Source of the DNA: an uncultured Spirochaetota bacterium
GTDB taxonomy: Bacteria > Spirochaetota > Brevinematia > Brevinematales > JAOACQ01
Reading direction: 5' to 3'
DNA length: 64,000 nucleotides
Assembly: GCA_963835575.1 (NCBI GenBank)
Contig: CAWIGG010000005.1
Location: 160,001 to 224,000, forward strand
This document shows positions 42,455 to 52,658 of this stretch, in pieces. Position numbers and translations under genes: made by a program. Within the stretch, counting starts at the first letter, position 1; every line of letters begins with the position of its first letter. The notes under the pieces are model-generated. The model ran no database searches, was not told the DNA's origin, and was given only the letters and a program-made list of their open reading frames with translations.

Positions 42455-42973
42455 TTAAATTTTTTCTACAATAAAAAGCGCTTCTCCAGACTGGACAGGG
42501 CTTGAGTTGGTTTTTAATATTTCCACAACTTTACCCTGAATATCGGCTTTAATTTCATTCATGATCTTCATGGCTTCAACTATGCAGACAGTTGTATCCT
42601 TCGAAACCGTATCCCCGGTTTTAACATAGGGAGGCGATTGAGGCGAAGGCGCTTCATAAAAAGTACCGATAACAGGAGATTTAATCTTAAAGTACTTATT
42701 CTCATCCTCATAAGCGGCTTTTTGAGACGGTTTCTGTTCTTTTGCCGGAGCCGGCGCTTTCGGCATGATGTCGTCATGCTGTGATGGCTCTGCCGGTTCA
42801 TACAGCACCGCTGGCGCGCAGCCTGAAGGCATAACCCGGGCCTTTTTTTTTGATATCCGGAGATAAAGAGAGTCCCCTTCCTCCAATTCTAATTCCTGAA
42901 TATTTGAATCTTCCAATAGGCTTTTTACCTGTTTTAAGAATGCAATATCAAACCCGCAAACATTCTTTTCCAT
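42455..42973 (-). CDS. accB: biotin carboxyl carrier protein
   Basis: [18 protein letters not shown]. Confidence 0.95.
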   Translation of the reverse strand: MEKNVCGFDIAFLKQVKSLLEDSNIQELELEEGDSLYLRISKKKARVMPSGCAPAVLYEPAEPSQHDDIMPKAPAPAKEQKPSQKAAYEDENKYFKIKSPVIGTFYEAPSPQSPPYVKTGDTVSKDTTVCIVEAMKIMNEIKADIQGKVVEILKTNSSPVQSGEALFIVEKI

Positions 42974-43025
42974 ACAAAATGTACCTCCGCAATTTTAAAT
43001 TTTAAATGAGGGCATGGCTGAACCA

Positions 43026-44219
43026 TTATTTATCCAATAAAGAGCGAATTCTTTTGACTGCTTCCTCCAACCGGCTGATAGGCTGAGTATAGGAAAGCCG
43101 TATATATCCTTCCAGACCAAAGGCGCTGCCTGGAACAACAGAAACATGGGCCTTTTCCAGCAATATGCGGGAAAACTCCGCTGAATTTATCGGTACCGTA
43201 TCACCCACTTCTTTAGCCAGGTAATACTGGATATTCGGGAAAATATAAAAAGCGCCGTCAGGGACCTGGCATCTGACACCATGAATGGCATTCAAAGCAT
43301 TGGCTATATAATCCCTTCTTTCTTTAAATTCAGACACCATTTTTTCCACATAACTTTTAGAATTCTTTAAGCATGCTATACATGCCATCTGGGCTATGGT
43401 ATTGGGATTGGATGTTGAGTGGCTCTGGATTTCATCAAATTTTTTAACTATTCCTTCCCGTGCGGCGGCATAACCGACCCGCCAGCCGGGCATGGAATAA
43501 GCCTTTGAAAAACCGTTTATCGTTATTGTATTTTCGAAAATGGCCGGGGATAATGAAGCGATGGAAGTATGTGCTCCTGTATAATTAAAATACTCGTAGA
43601 TTTCATCCGCTATTATAAAAATATCTTTTTTTAAGGCCAGATCCCCGATAAATTGAAGCTCTTCAGGTGTATAACATACTCCCGTCGGGTTAGAAGGATA
43701 ATTCAGTATCAAGCCTTTAACCCTGGCGGTGATATGCTTTTCCAGTCCATCCAGATCAATTTTAAAACCATCGTCTTCTGTTGCCGGTACCGCTCTCGGC
43801 ACACCGCCGGCAAGCCTTATCTGCTCCACATAGCTTACCCAGTAGGGAACAGGCACCAATACCTCATCTCCTTCATCCACAAGCGCCTGCATTGCCAGAT
43901 ACAAGGCGAATTTAGCGCCCGGCGTCACGATAATATTCTTCGTTTCCAGCGATATATTGTTTTCTTCCTTTAATTTGCCGACAATCAGCTGCTTTAATTC
44001 AATTAATCCGGAATTTTCCGTGTAATGAGCGTTGCCTTCCTGAACCGCTGCCATTGAAGCTTCCTTGGCCTCAAAGGGCGGTTCCCAATCAGGTTCTCCC
44101 GCGGCAAGAGAAATCACATCAATCCCGTTTTTCTTCATTTCTTTAGCTTTGGAGGCTATTGAAAGAGTCGCCGAAGCTTCCAGCTGCCTGACCCGTCTGG
44201 AAAATTCTATCATATTCAA
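43026..44219 (-). CDS. aspC: PLP-dependent aspartate aminotransferase (class I)
   Basis: GEPD, NYPSNPTG, DEIY, GFSKAYSMPGWRVG. Confidence 0.88.
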   Translation of the reverse strand: MNMIEFSRRVRQLEASATLSIASKAKEMKKNGIDVISLAAGEPDWEPPFEAKEASMAAVQEGNAHYTENSGLIELKQLIVGKLKEENNISLETKNIIVTPGAKFALYLAMQALVDEGDEVLVPVPYWVSYVEQIRLAGGVPRAVPATEDDGFKIDLDGLEKHITARVKGLILNYPSNPTGVCYTPEELQFIGDLALKKDIFIIADEIYEYFNYTGAHTSIASLSPAIFENTITINGFSKAYSMPGWRVGYAAAREGIVKKFDEIQSHSTSNPNTIAQMACIACLKNSKSYVEKMVSEFKERRDYIANALNAIHGVRCQVPDGAFYIFPNIQYYLAKEVGDTVPINSAEFSRILLEKAHVSVVPGSAFGLEGYIRLSYTQPISRLEEAVKRIRSLLDK

Positions 44220-44414
44220 TCCTCTTGATCATAATCCCGATTCGAATCATTTTAAAGGCAAGAAGAACCGATGTCAAAACTTTATTGAAAATATTTACCC
44301 GCTGGAAACGCGCTCAAATCCCCGGACGGTGTTCCGGGCTCACCGGGGTATAATACCGTTATAACAGAATAATATCAATGGGAAGCAAGTCCCTGTCAGG
44401 AATAAACAATCCGT

Positions 44415-46823
44415 TCAGTTTTTTATTTTGATAGGGCCAGCCAGCCTTTTAAAAGCTTTTTCCTTATAAAGCTCCTGATCTGCCTGCGAAAGCAGCTCGT
44501 CAAAAGACCTGGGATCCGAATAGTTAAAATAGGCGCAACCCATGCTGAGCGAGAGTTGATAATGTTTATGAGGGGAAGCGTTATATTTGGCGAGATTTTC
44601 ATAAATACGGGATTTGAAAGTATCTTTATCTTCGAGAGTGGAATCCAGAACCAGTATAACAAATTCATCGCCTCCCAGCCGCCCTATAATATCGCCGTCA
44701 CGGAATGATTTCTGAAGAATACCCGCTACTTTCCTGATGGCAAAATCACCTTCCTTATGTCCAAAATTATCATTAATTAATTTAAGTTTGTCCATATCGC
44801 AGAATACCAGCAGGAAATTCTTCTTCGATCTGATCGCATATTTATAATGCTGTTCGCTCAGTAAAATAAAGCCTCTTCTATTATAAAGACCTGTCAGTTC
44901 ATCATGCAGGCTCTGCTTATGCAGTTTGGAGTTTGTCCTGTTTAACTGCGACAGAACCCTTTTAAGCCGTTCCTCAATTTTTTTTCTTTCTGTAATTTCA
45001 CCTTTCAGGTTTTTGTTTGCCAGAGTCAAATCGGCCGTTCTGGCTTTAACTTCTTCCTCAAGGGTCTGGGCCTGCATTTTTATCTGCTCAATAAGCATCG
45101 CGCCCTTTAAAGCGACGCTGAGTTTATGCCTGAGTATTTCATATGTTTTGGCCTCTCCCGCGCCTAATGAAAAAAGAACAAGCCCAATTTGATCATACCC
45201 CTGAAAAAGACTTTCGACTAAAAAACTATATCGTGTCTTTTGCGGCATGAATTCCGGATGGATCAGGTTTTTAGTCGGGAATCTTTTACCTTTCTTATCA
45301 AGCCAGAGCAGCTTTTCATTATTATAAGCTAAAAGCATTCTTGAATAAGTCAGCGGTTTTTTATTATTTTCATAAATTGACAGGAAGCATGAGCGGATCC
45401 CGATTGACGGAAATTCATTAAAAGCGACTTTCAATTCGTCTTCTATTTTAAGAGATGTGATCAGCCGTTCTCCGATATCATTCATGTCTTCCAGCCTGTA
45501 ATCAAAAAGGGCCTGATTGAATGCCTCGCTTCTTTCAGCGGCTTCAACAAGCATAACTTCCGCCTGCTTGAACAAAGCATTCAGATAGTTCAACATTTTC
45601 GCGTCCGGATGACCGGAAAAAATATGCATCCGCATAGCATGAAGCATTTCTCCAAGGAGCGTTAAATTGATATTTTCAGCGACCGCCTGAAATATAATTT
45701 TATTCCATTTTTGAATGAAGGAGAATTGGGATTTGCCGTTTAGATCTTCCGCAAGAGTCTTCAATAGAGTATTGACCCACTTTATAAACAATTTTTCACT
45801 TTTATCGTCAATTGCCTTGTTATGAAGAATATCCAGCAGAATAGACTCCTTATACCGGGACGCAATATAATCAAAATAGTTTTTGGGGAGAACCGGCTTT
45901 TCACGCGCAACAGCGGCCGCATCCGCCCGGGTCATAAAACAACCGCATGAATTTCGGATGACAAGTTTCGTGGAGATATAGGTCACCGGCGGAATATCTT
46001 CCCCATTAATATATTTGGCAAACACCTCGGCTGTTTTCTGCCCGTATAGATAAAAAGGCTGGTTAACCGTTGTTATCTTCAGATACTGGCTGATTTCAGC
46101 ATCATCAAAGCCGACCACGGGAATATCCTCGGGAACATTTATTTTCCGCTCTTTAAGTTCCTCAAGCACGCCAAGAGCCATTGTGTCATTTGATGAAACA
46201 ATCACGTCAAATTTGACTTTTCTTTTATCCAGAAGGGTCTCCACAGCTTTTTTCCCGGAAGAAATGAGAAAATCCCCATGAATAATCAAATCATTTTTCA
46301 GAGGTATATGATGCTTTCCCAGCACCTTCTGGTATGCTTTAAAACGCGCTTCCGCCTCATGATTACCCCTGGGCCCGCTGATAAAAGCGATTTTTTTATA
46401 ACCATGAACATGGATCAGATGTTCCAGCAGCTCGCTCATCCCTTTCTCATTATCAATAGTCAGGCAGGGATAATTGTCGATCTTTTCGCCGACCGTGACC
46501 ACCGGCAGATTGTTATATTTTTTCAAATAATTTTTCAGCCGGTCAATCCCCACCAGATTGGCAATCGAAGGCGCCATGACAATAAGCCCGTCCACATTGC
46601 CCGGATCAACAGCGTCGAACAGAATATTCCGGCATTTTTCCCATTCCAGCTGAGAATCCAGTCTGCCTGTAACAAAACAAAGAAGATTATAATCATTCTT
46701 CCCGGCATAATCCGCGATCCCTTCCATCATATTGACATGATAGGAAGTCCCCAGCCAATCCATGAGAAGCCCTATTGTTTTACGCTTTGAAAGAGATTTG
46801 CCTGATTTACCGTCCCTGTTCAT
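44415..46823 (-). CDS. LacI-type sugar-binding domain + coiled coil + GGDEF diguanylate cyclase
   Basis: SNDTMALG..VPEDIPVVGFDD..TTVNQP..LVIRNSCGC with no HTH; DELTGLYNRR, RDGD I-site, GGDEF. Confidence 0.88.
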   Translation of the reverse strand: MNRDGKSGKSLSKRKTIGLLMDWLGTSYHVNMMEGIADYAGKNDYNLLCFVTGRLDSQLEWEKCRNILFDAVDPGNVDGLIVMAPSIANLVGIDRLKNYLKKYNNLPVVTVGEKIDNYPCLTIDNEKGMSELLEHLIHVHGYKKIAFISGPRGNHEAEARFKAYQKVLGKHHIPLKNDLIIHGDFLISSGKKAVETLLDKRKVKFDVIVSSNDTMALGVLEELKERKINVPEDIPVVGFDDAEISQYLKITTVNQPFYLYGQKTAEVFAKYINGEDIPPVTYISTKLVIRNSCGCFMTRADAAAVAREKPVLPKNYFDYIASRYKESILLDILHNKAIDDKSEKLFIKWVNTLLKTLAEDLNGKSQFSFIQKWNKIIFQAVAENINLTLLGEMLHAMRMHIFSGHPDAKMLNYLNALFKQAEVMLVEAAERSEAFNQALFDYRLEDMNDIGERLITSLKIEDELKVAFNEFPSIGIRSCFLSIYENNKKPLTYSRMLLAYNNEKLLWLDKKGKRFPTKNLIHPEFMPQKTRYSFLVESLFQGYDQIGLVLFSLGAGEAKTYEILRHKLSVALKGAMLIEQIKMQAQTLEEEVKARTADLTLANKNLKGEITERKKIEERLKRVLSQLNRTNSKLHKQSLHDELTGLYNRRGFILLSEQHYKYAIRSKKNFLLVFCDMDKLKLINDNFGHKEGDFAIRKVAGILQKSFRDGDIIGRLGGDEFVILVLDSTLEDKDTFKSRIYENLAKYNASPHKHYQLSLSMGCAYFNYSDPRSFDELLSQADQELYKEKAFKRLAGPIKIKN

Positions 46824-47047
46824 TTCCCCATCACCTTCCTTTTAGCCTTCTATAATATATCTGTCTTATCAATACTTTTCAAATTTTTCATATATTGTCT
46901 TATAGAAAAATTCATATGCCCTCCTGCAATTATTATTAAGAAATGAAAACAAACCTGAATATAACCGTTTTTATCGCAAAAGTTCAGGATGAATTGGACT
47001 TAATAATTAACCTGATATATAGAATAATCGATCGGCCGGGAACATAC

Positions 47048-47107
47048 TCTCAGGAAAAAAATCTCAGGAAAAAAATACTTGACCGTACAAAAAGATGTCA
47101 TTATAAT
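47048..47107 (+). promoter_or_regulatory. sigma70 promoter of the cellodextrin operon with an upstream 14-bp tandem repeat
   Basis: TTGACC (47079)-17 bp-TATAAT (47102); TCTCAGGAAAAAAA twice at 47048-47075. Confidence 0.65.
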
Positions 47108-47270
47108 AGGGCAGTTCTAAAAATGTGACTTTTTAGAACTGCCAATATTGTTCCGAACCATGCAGCCGCTAAGTTTGCTTCGCAAACTCCTCGCGGCAGC
47201 AGTTTTTTATTAACCAAAAGTTTTTATAATTAGGCAGTTCCAAAAACTTCAGGTTTTTGGAACTGCCTAA
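47108..47270. repeat. MITE-like element with GGCAGTTC-N-GAACTGCC terminal hairpins
   Basis: Two hairpins flank an internal stem; a solo copy lies at 50281-50318. Confidence 0.65.
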
Positions 47271-47302
47271 TTAAAACCGCTTTGTTTACAGGATGGATTA
47301 TC

Positions 47303-50281
47303 ATGAAAAAGGAAATTCTCACCGCCCGTTCTTTTAAAATCAGCCCTGAAGATATTTTAAGGGAACTATTTAAGAAATTAATACAACCGGGCCATCTTGC
47401 TGATGCCGTATTTACGAACAGCCGTTTTAAAAATGTCATAGGCATTGCCCCTCTGCCTGTCAAAGCGCCATTTCTGATTATTCTTCTTAAAAATACTTCC
47501 ATAACGGATTTTATCTATAAAAATATATCAGATTTTAAATCCTTATTATTTTTACTCTCAGAAAGCCTTAAAAATATTCAGTGTTTCTGCCGCGAAGGTA
47601 AAATAGTCAAGGAACTTGATATCCCGCTTAAAATAAAAAAATCGGTTATTGCCGAGATTACGCAGGCGCTTCAGAATGCCGGCAGTCTTAATCAGAACGG
47701 GGCTCATGAAATCGATTTAAAATTACAGTCTCCCGGCCCTCATTTTTCCGTAAACCTCTTGATCGGCAACCGGACCGGCTTCCCAAACGCGCTTCAAACA
47801 ACCCCTAAAAGCGTAGTGGATAAATTCGGGCGCGGCAGTTTCCGTTCGCATGCCGCCGTCCAGATCCTCGCCACGCGTTATGATATGCGGCAGGAAGAAA
47901 ACGGATTCCCTGCAAACCGGCAGTTTTATATTCTGGAAAATTCAAAAAAAATATTTTATTCGGCGAATATCCAGGATGAGAATTTCGAATCGGGCACCTG
48001 CATTCATTCTCAGAATTACACTCAGATCAAATACCGGACCCGCTGCGCCCTTGATATAGAGAGGACCATCTTTCTGCTGCCTCAGTACAACGGGCTCCCG
48101 ATGGCGACAGAGGTCCAGGAGATAGAAATTAAAAACATGAGCCGGAAAATCAGACGCCTTAAAATTATTACCACTGGCATGTTCGGTTCTGCAAAACCTG
48201 TCGCCTTACAGGAAGATGTGCTCTACAGCAATATTATTGTTCAATCCAAAATCCTCAGGGGCGACGACGGTTCCATTCTTGCCGTCGGAGATGACTATTA
48301 TCCTGAAGAAGACCGGAGCGATCTCCGTTTCCACACAATGATCATCCATAACGGAAAATCCACCCATCTGGCCAGGGAATTCTGTACTGATTATAATGAA
48401 TTTGTCGGGAACGGCACTCTTGAAAATCCCGAAGGCGCTTTAATACTCAGCAACAGACTTTCCCGGAAAGGCCCCCCCTTCTTTGCCCTTGCCGGCGAAA
48501 TTAAAATTAAACCCGGCGAAAAGGCCAGGATCGACACGTTTACCGGAATGGTTTCTGAAAAAGCGAACCCCAATTTCTATGCTTCTTCTTATAAGGAAGA
48601 AATATCCCGCCTGATCAATTATTTTTCCAGAAATGATTCACTGGCAAAAGCTTTTCAGGATATAAAAAGATTCCAGTCCAGATACTGCGGTTTCCTACAG
48701 GTTTCCTCCTCAAACGCATTATTTAACTCTTTTTTCAATAAAAATCTTCCTTTTCAGGTTTTCTACCAGACTTTTACTTCACGCTCCTTCTGTCAAACCC
48801 AGAAAGGGTACAGGGAAATCGGGTTCCGTGAAATCCAGGATATTTTCGCTTCCATGTATTATTTTGTAAGTATGGGAATGGAGAATGTCGTCAGGGATTT
48901 ATTATCAGAATGGGCGGCTAATATCTTTGAGTTCGGTTATGCCTATCACAATTTCTTCTGGAAGGGAAAAGAACCCGGTAAATGGTCTGACGATGCCCTC
49001 TGGTTTATCCAGGCTGTTTACCGCTATGTTATTCTGACCGGCGATTTAGGCTTCCTGAATACTGAATGCCCTGTTGCCGGGACTGTGCCGGTGCAGAAAC
49101 GATCGATATATAAAACAATCCAGGCTGTTATTCATTATTCCGGCGTCGTATCAACCGGCAAGCACGGCCTGCCGCTTCTCGACAGCGCCGACTGGAACGA
49201 TACGCTTAAACTGGACGAGGATTATATAAACGGGCCTGAAAAAGAAATAATCTATCAGGAACAAATAAAAAAAGACGGGAATAATAAAGCGCCGTTTAAG
49301 AGCAATTATTCCGAAAGCGTTATGAACGCCTTTCTCCTCAAAGTGGCTGTTGATGAAATGCTCCTTCTTTCAAAAAGGAAAAAAGATACCGCCTATCATG
49401 AATATCTGAAGAATTTTTCAGATAAATTAAAAGGAAACATCCAGAAGCATGCCTGGAAAGGGGATTTTTTTGCTCGGGTGCTTTTTAACCGTTATCCGGA
49501 CGGAGAGTATGCCTACCTGGGAGCTGAAGGGGACGGTTTATCTGCAGACCCTCATTTAAAAGGCGTTTATCTCATCAATTCCTTCAGCTGGGCCATTCTC
49601 AGCGGCACAGCCACAGAGGAACAGGTCCGCATCATGCTGCCGGTTTTTGAAAAAGCGCTTAAAACACCTTACGGCCTGAAGCTCATGACCCCAGCCGCGC
49701 TGGACAAGGTTTCAAAAAGCACAGCTGCGGGACATTATTTCCCCGGCGACCGCGAAAACGGCGGAGTATTCAAGCACGCTTCCATGATGGCAGCGGCAGC
49801 GCTCTTAAAAGCAGCTAAGGAGTCCCTTGATAAGGCCCTGGCCGTAAAACTCAGCTCTCTTGCATACTGGATGATAGACCTGGTCATGCCTTATAAAACC
49901 CTGGAAAATCCATACCAGTTCGGCGGTAATCCCCGCTTCTGCACACAGTATACCAACAGCGAAACAGGTGAAAATATCGGACCGCTCTTGAGCGGGACAG
50001 CGACATGGCTTAGCCTGGCCCTTTTTTCCGCCTTCGGTCTGGAATACACATCACAGGGTATAGATTTCAATCCCATACTCAGGGAAGATGATGAGATACT
50101 TTCTTATAATTTAAAAACCGGCAAATCACAGTATAAATTTATAATAAAAAAACCGAAAGGTTTTTACCGTACTCTGGACAATACCTTCATCATTAAACTG
50201 GACAGAATAAAAAAAGAAAAGAATATCATTCCCCTCTTTAATGACGGGAAAAAACACATTGTCGAATTAGTATTTAATTAA
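47303..50281 (+). CDS. cdp: cellodextrin phosphorylase (GH94)
   Basis: PGPHF.VNLLIGNR, LQTTPKSVVD.FGRGSFRSHAA, QEENGFPANRQFY as I recall from C. thermocellum CDP; ADWND catalytic motif; RENGGVFKH. Confidence 0.88.
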   Translation: MKKEILTARSFKISPEDILRELFKKLIQPGHLADAVFTNSRFKNVIGIAPLPVKAPFLIILLKNTSITDFIYKNISDFKSLLFLLSESLKNIQCFCREGKIVKELDIPLKIKKSVIAEITQALQNAGSLNQNGAHEIDLKLQSPGPHFSVNLLIGNRTGFPNALQTTPKSVVDKFGRGSFRSHAAVQILATRYDMRQEENGFPANRQFYILENSKKIFYSANIQDENFESGTCIHSQNYTQIKYRTRCALDIERTIFLLPQYNGLPMATEVQEIEIKNMSRKIRRLKIITTGMFGSAKPVALQEDVLYSNIIVQSKILRGDDGSILAVGDDYYPEEDRSDLRFHTMIIHNGKSTHLAREFCTDYNEFVGNGTLENPEGALILSNRLSRKGPPFFALAGEIKIKPGEKARIDTFTGMVSEKANPNFYASSYKEEISRLINYFSRNDSLAKAFQDIKRFQSRYCGFLQVSSSNALFNSFFNKNLPFQVFYQTFTSRSFCQTQKGYREIGFREIQDIFASMYYFVSMGMENVVRDLLSEWAANIFEFGYAYHNFFWKGKEPGKWSDDALWFIQAVYRYVILTGDLGFLNTECPVAGTVPVQKRSIYKTIQAVIHYSGVVSTGKHGLPLLDSADWNDTLKLDEDYINGPEKEIIYQEQIKKDGNNKAPFKSNYSESVMNAFLLKVAVDEMLLLSKRKKDTAYHEYLKNFSDKLKGNIQKHAWKGDFFARVLFNRYPDGEYAYLGAEGDGLSADPHLKGVYLINSFSWAILSGTATEEQVRIMLPVFEKALKTPYGLKLMTPAALDKVSKSTAAGHYFPGDRENGGVFKHASMMAAAALLKAAKESLDKALAVKLSSLAYWMIDLVMPYKTLENPYQFGGNPRFCTQYTNSETGENIGPLLSGTATWLSLALFSAFGLEYTSQGIDFNPILREDDEILSYNLKTGKSQYKFIIKKPKGFYRTLDNTFIIKLDRIKKEKNIIPLFNDGKKHIVELVFN

Positions 50282-50505
50282 GGGCAGTTCCAAAAACTAA
50301 TGATTTTTAGAACTGCCTTTAAGAGTATTTTTATTCCAAGCCAGTTTGTCAGATTCTGCCTGAGAAGCGGACAAACTGCCAAGGGATTGAATAGATATAA
50401 GTGATTTTATCAATTTTTTAAAACCACCGGTCAGGAGACATGAAATGCCGAAACATGATGTTTATGCCTATGGTATGATTGCAGCCAGCGCTCTCTATAT
50501 ATTAA

Positions 50506-51789
50506 GGGCGGTTTGAAAAACCCACGTATCATATACAAATAGTATATAAAAACATATAATCATAGTCAAAGAAAACAGAGGTAAGGCTATGACAAAAATT
50601 AAGCGGAAAGACCGTAACTTGTTTGAATATCAGGAGCGGATGGAAAAGCTAAGCGGCGTAAAAACACCGCTGGATAAGCTTAACAGGGTTGTAGACTTTG
50701 AGATGTTCCGGCCGCTGTTAACAGAGATTTTGGCGCCGAAAGAGCAGAAGGCGCCGGGCGGAGCGCCACATTATGACTATGTTTTCATGTTCAAGATACT
50801 GATATTCCAGAGGTATTACAATCTTTCCGATGAGCAAGCGGAATTTCAGATCAATGACAGGTTATCCGTTCAGCGATATCTTGGGATAACACTTTCGGAC
50901 AAAGTTCCGGACTACAGTAAAATCTGGGAATTCAAGGAAAAACTGACGAAAGCGAAAGCAATAGAGAAACTTTTTAAAATATTCGATGAGAATCTTGAGA
51001 ATAAAGGTGTGATAGGGAAAGCGGGCGTTATGGTAGACGCAAGTTTTGTGGATGTTCCCCGGCAGAGGAACAGCCGCGAAGAAAACAAGAAAATAAAAGA
51101 AGGCGAGGTTCCGGAAGATTGGAAAGATAATACGCATAAGCTTTCCCATAAAGACACGGATGCGCGCTGGATGACCAAGAATAAAGAGAGGCATTACGGA
51201 TACAAAAACCATACAAAGGTTGATGTGAAGTCAAAACTTATTCGTTCTTATGTCACGACAGATGCGAGCGTTCACGATTCACAGGTAGTTGAACCTCTAT
51301 TGAATGAGAAAGACAAAGGGAAGCCGTTTTACGCGGACAGCGCATATGTTGGCCCAACGGTAGCAGGAATATTAGAAAAATTTGAGATGAAAAACCGGAT
51401 TCACGAAAAAGGATACAGAAATAAGCCATTGACGGAGAAGCAGAAAGAAAAAAATAGAAGAAAGAGCCGCATCCGAGTTCGTGTTGAGCATGTTTTTGGT
51501 TTTGTTGAAAATAGTATGAACGGCAGTACAATACGATCGATAGGAAAAGAAAGGGCAGAGAGCCAAATCGGGCTGATGAATCTGGTTTATAATTTAGCAC
51601 GGTATGTTGTGGTAAAAGGTCGAATTGCGTCTTGTGCGGCTTAAAATACAGAAGATATGGATAATATTGCCCGTGTTTGGCTGAATTTTGGTAATAGAAA
51701 CAGTTTTTAACCTGTTGGCAGAAATATTTTGAAAATATTTTCTATTATCAGGGAAGTGTTGATAAATTAGGCGGTTTTTAAAACCGCCC
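50506..51789 (+). mobile_element. IS5-family insertion sequence
   Basis: TIR GGGCGGTTTGAAAAACC / GGTTTTTAAAACCGCCC; TTAA duplication at 50502-50505 and 51790-51793. Confidence 0.92.
50589..51644 (+). CDS. IS5-family transposase
   Basis: YNLSDEQAE, VDASFV, KDTDARW, YGYKNH, YADSAY, RVRVEHVFG. Confidence 0.93.
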   Translation: MTKIKRKDRNLFEYQERMEKLSGVKTPLDKLNRVVDFEMFRPLLTEILAPKEQKAPGGAPHYDYVFMFKILIFQRYYNLSDEQAEFQINDRLSVQRYLGITLSDKVPDYSKIWEFKEKLTKAKAIEKLFKIFDENLENKGVIGKAGVMVDASFVDVPRQRNSREENKKIKEGEVPEDWKDNTHKLSHKDTDARWMTKNKERHYGYKNHTKVDVKSKLIRSYVTTDASVHDSQVVEPLLNEKDKGKPFYADSAYVGPTVAGILEKFEMKNRIHEKGYRNKPLTEKQKEKNRRKSRIRVRVEHVFGFVENSMNGSTIRSIGKERAESQIGLMNLVYNLARYVVVKGRIASCAA

Positions 51790-52658
51790 TTAAAGGACAA
51801 ATATCCTGCGCGCGACACTTATGCAGAGATAAAAAAACAATATAAAATGACCGGCGGCGAAGCGGCCAATTCATCCATAGTCCTGTCCAAACTTGGTGCG
51901 AAAATCAAGATTGACGGCAACTGGCTCGGCCGGGATGAGAACGGGGCAATGACAAGGGCTTTCCTTAAGAGTTATAAAATAGATTGTTCCCGCCTTAAAT
52001 TAAAGAAGGGGTATCATGGCGTGAATGAAAATGTCTTTACCGATGGGGAAAGCAGGACAAACTTCGGGACATATCAGCATCTTCTCTTTACCGAAAAACA
52101 GTGGAATACGCCAAGAAAAGAAGACATCGCTTCAGTAAAGATCGCCTGCATCGATTCTTTTTTCAGCGAAGAATCTCAAACCGCGGCGCGGTATTGCCGG
52201 GAACTGGGCGTACCGTATGTCACCGTCGACGTGAAGTATGACGACCCCATAAGCATGAACGCCGATGCTGTCATTATAGCGGGTGAATTCAGAAAAGAAA
52301 AATATAGAGATTATAAAATAGAAGATTTGTTCAAGGAATATCATGAAAGGACAAAAGGCCTGGTCATTTTTACTTGCGGCGCGGACGATATTATTTACGC
52401 GGAAAAAAGCGGCCCTGTCAGAACATTCAAACCTTACACAATCCAGCCGCTTGACGCGACAGGCGCAGGGGATTCCTTCCGTTCAGGCATTATTTACAGT
52501 TTATTAAAAAAATGGCCGATGGAAAAATCAATCCATTTTGCCTCCGCCCTCGCGGCTTTGATATGTCTATCCTTTCCCGGAGTTATAAATGCTCCTTCAT
52601 TAGAGAACGTATTGGATTTTATCCGGCAGAATAAAAGAGAATTTTAAAAGGAGACTAT

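Larger units (their letters stand above)
50445..52647 (+). pseudogene. PfkB-family carbohydrate kinase split by IS5
   Basis: Removing the IS and one TTAA gives MPKHDVYAYGMIAASALYILKDKYPARDTYAEIKKQYKMTGGEAAN... in frame; DATGAGD motif. Confidence 0.88.

Noticed and set aside
44280..44410. GC-rich hairpins upstream of aspC as a riboswitch or T-box
   Set aside because: No conserved motif that I can match.
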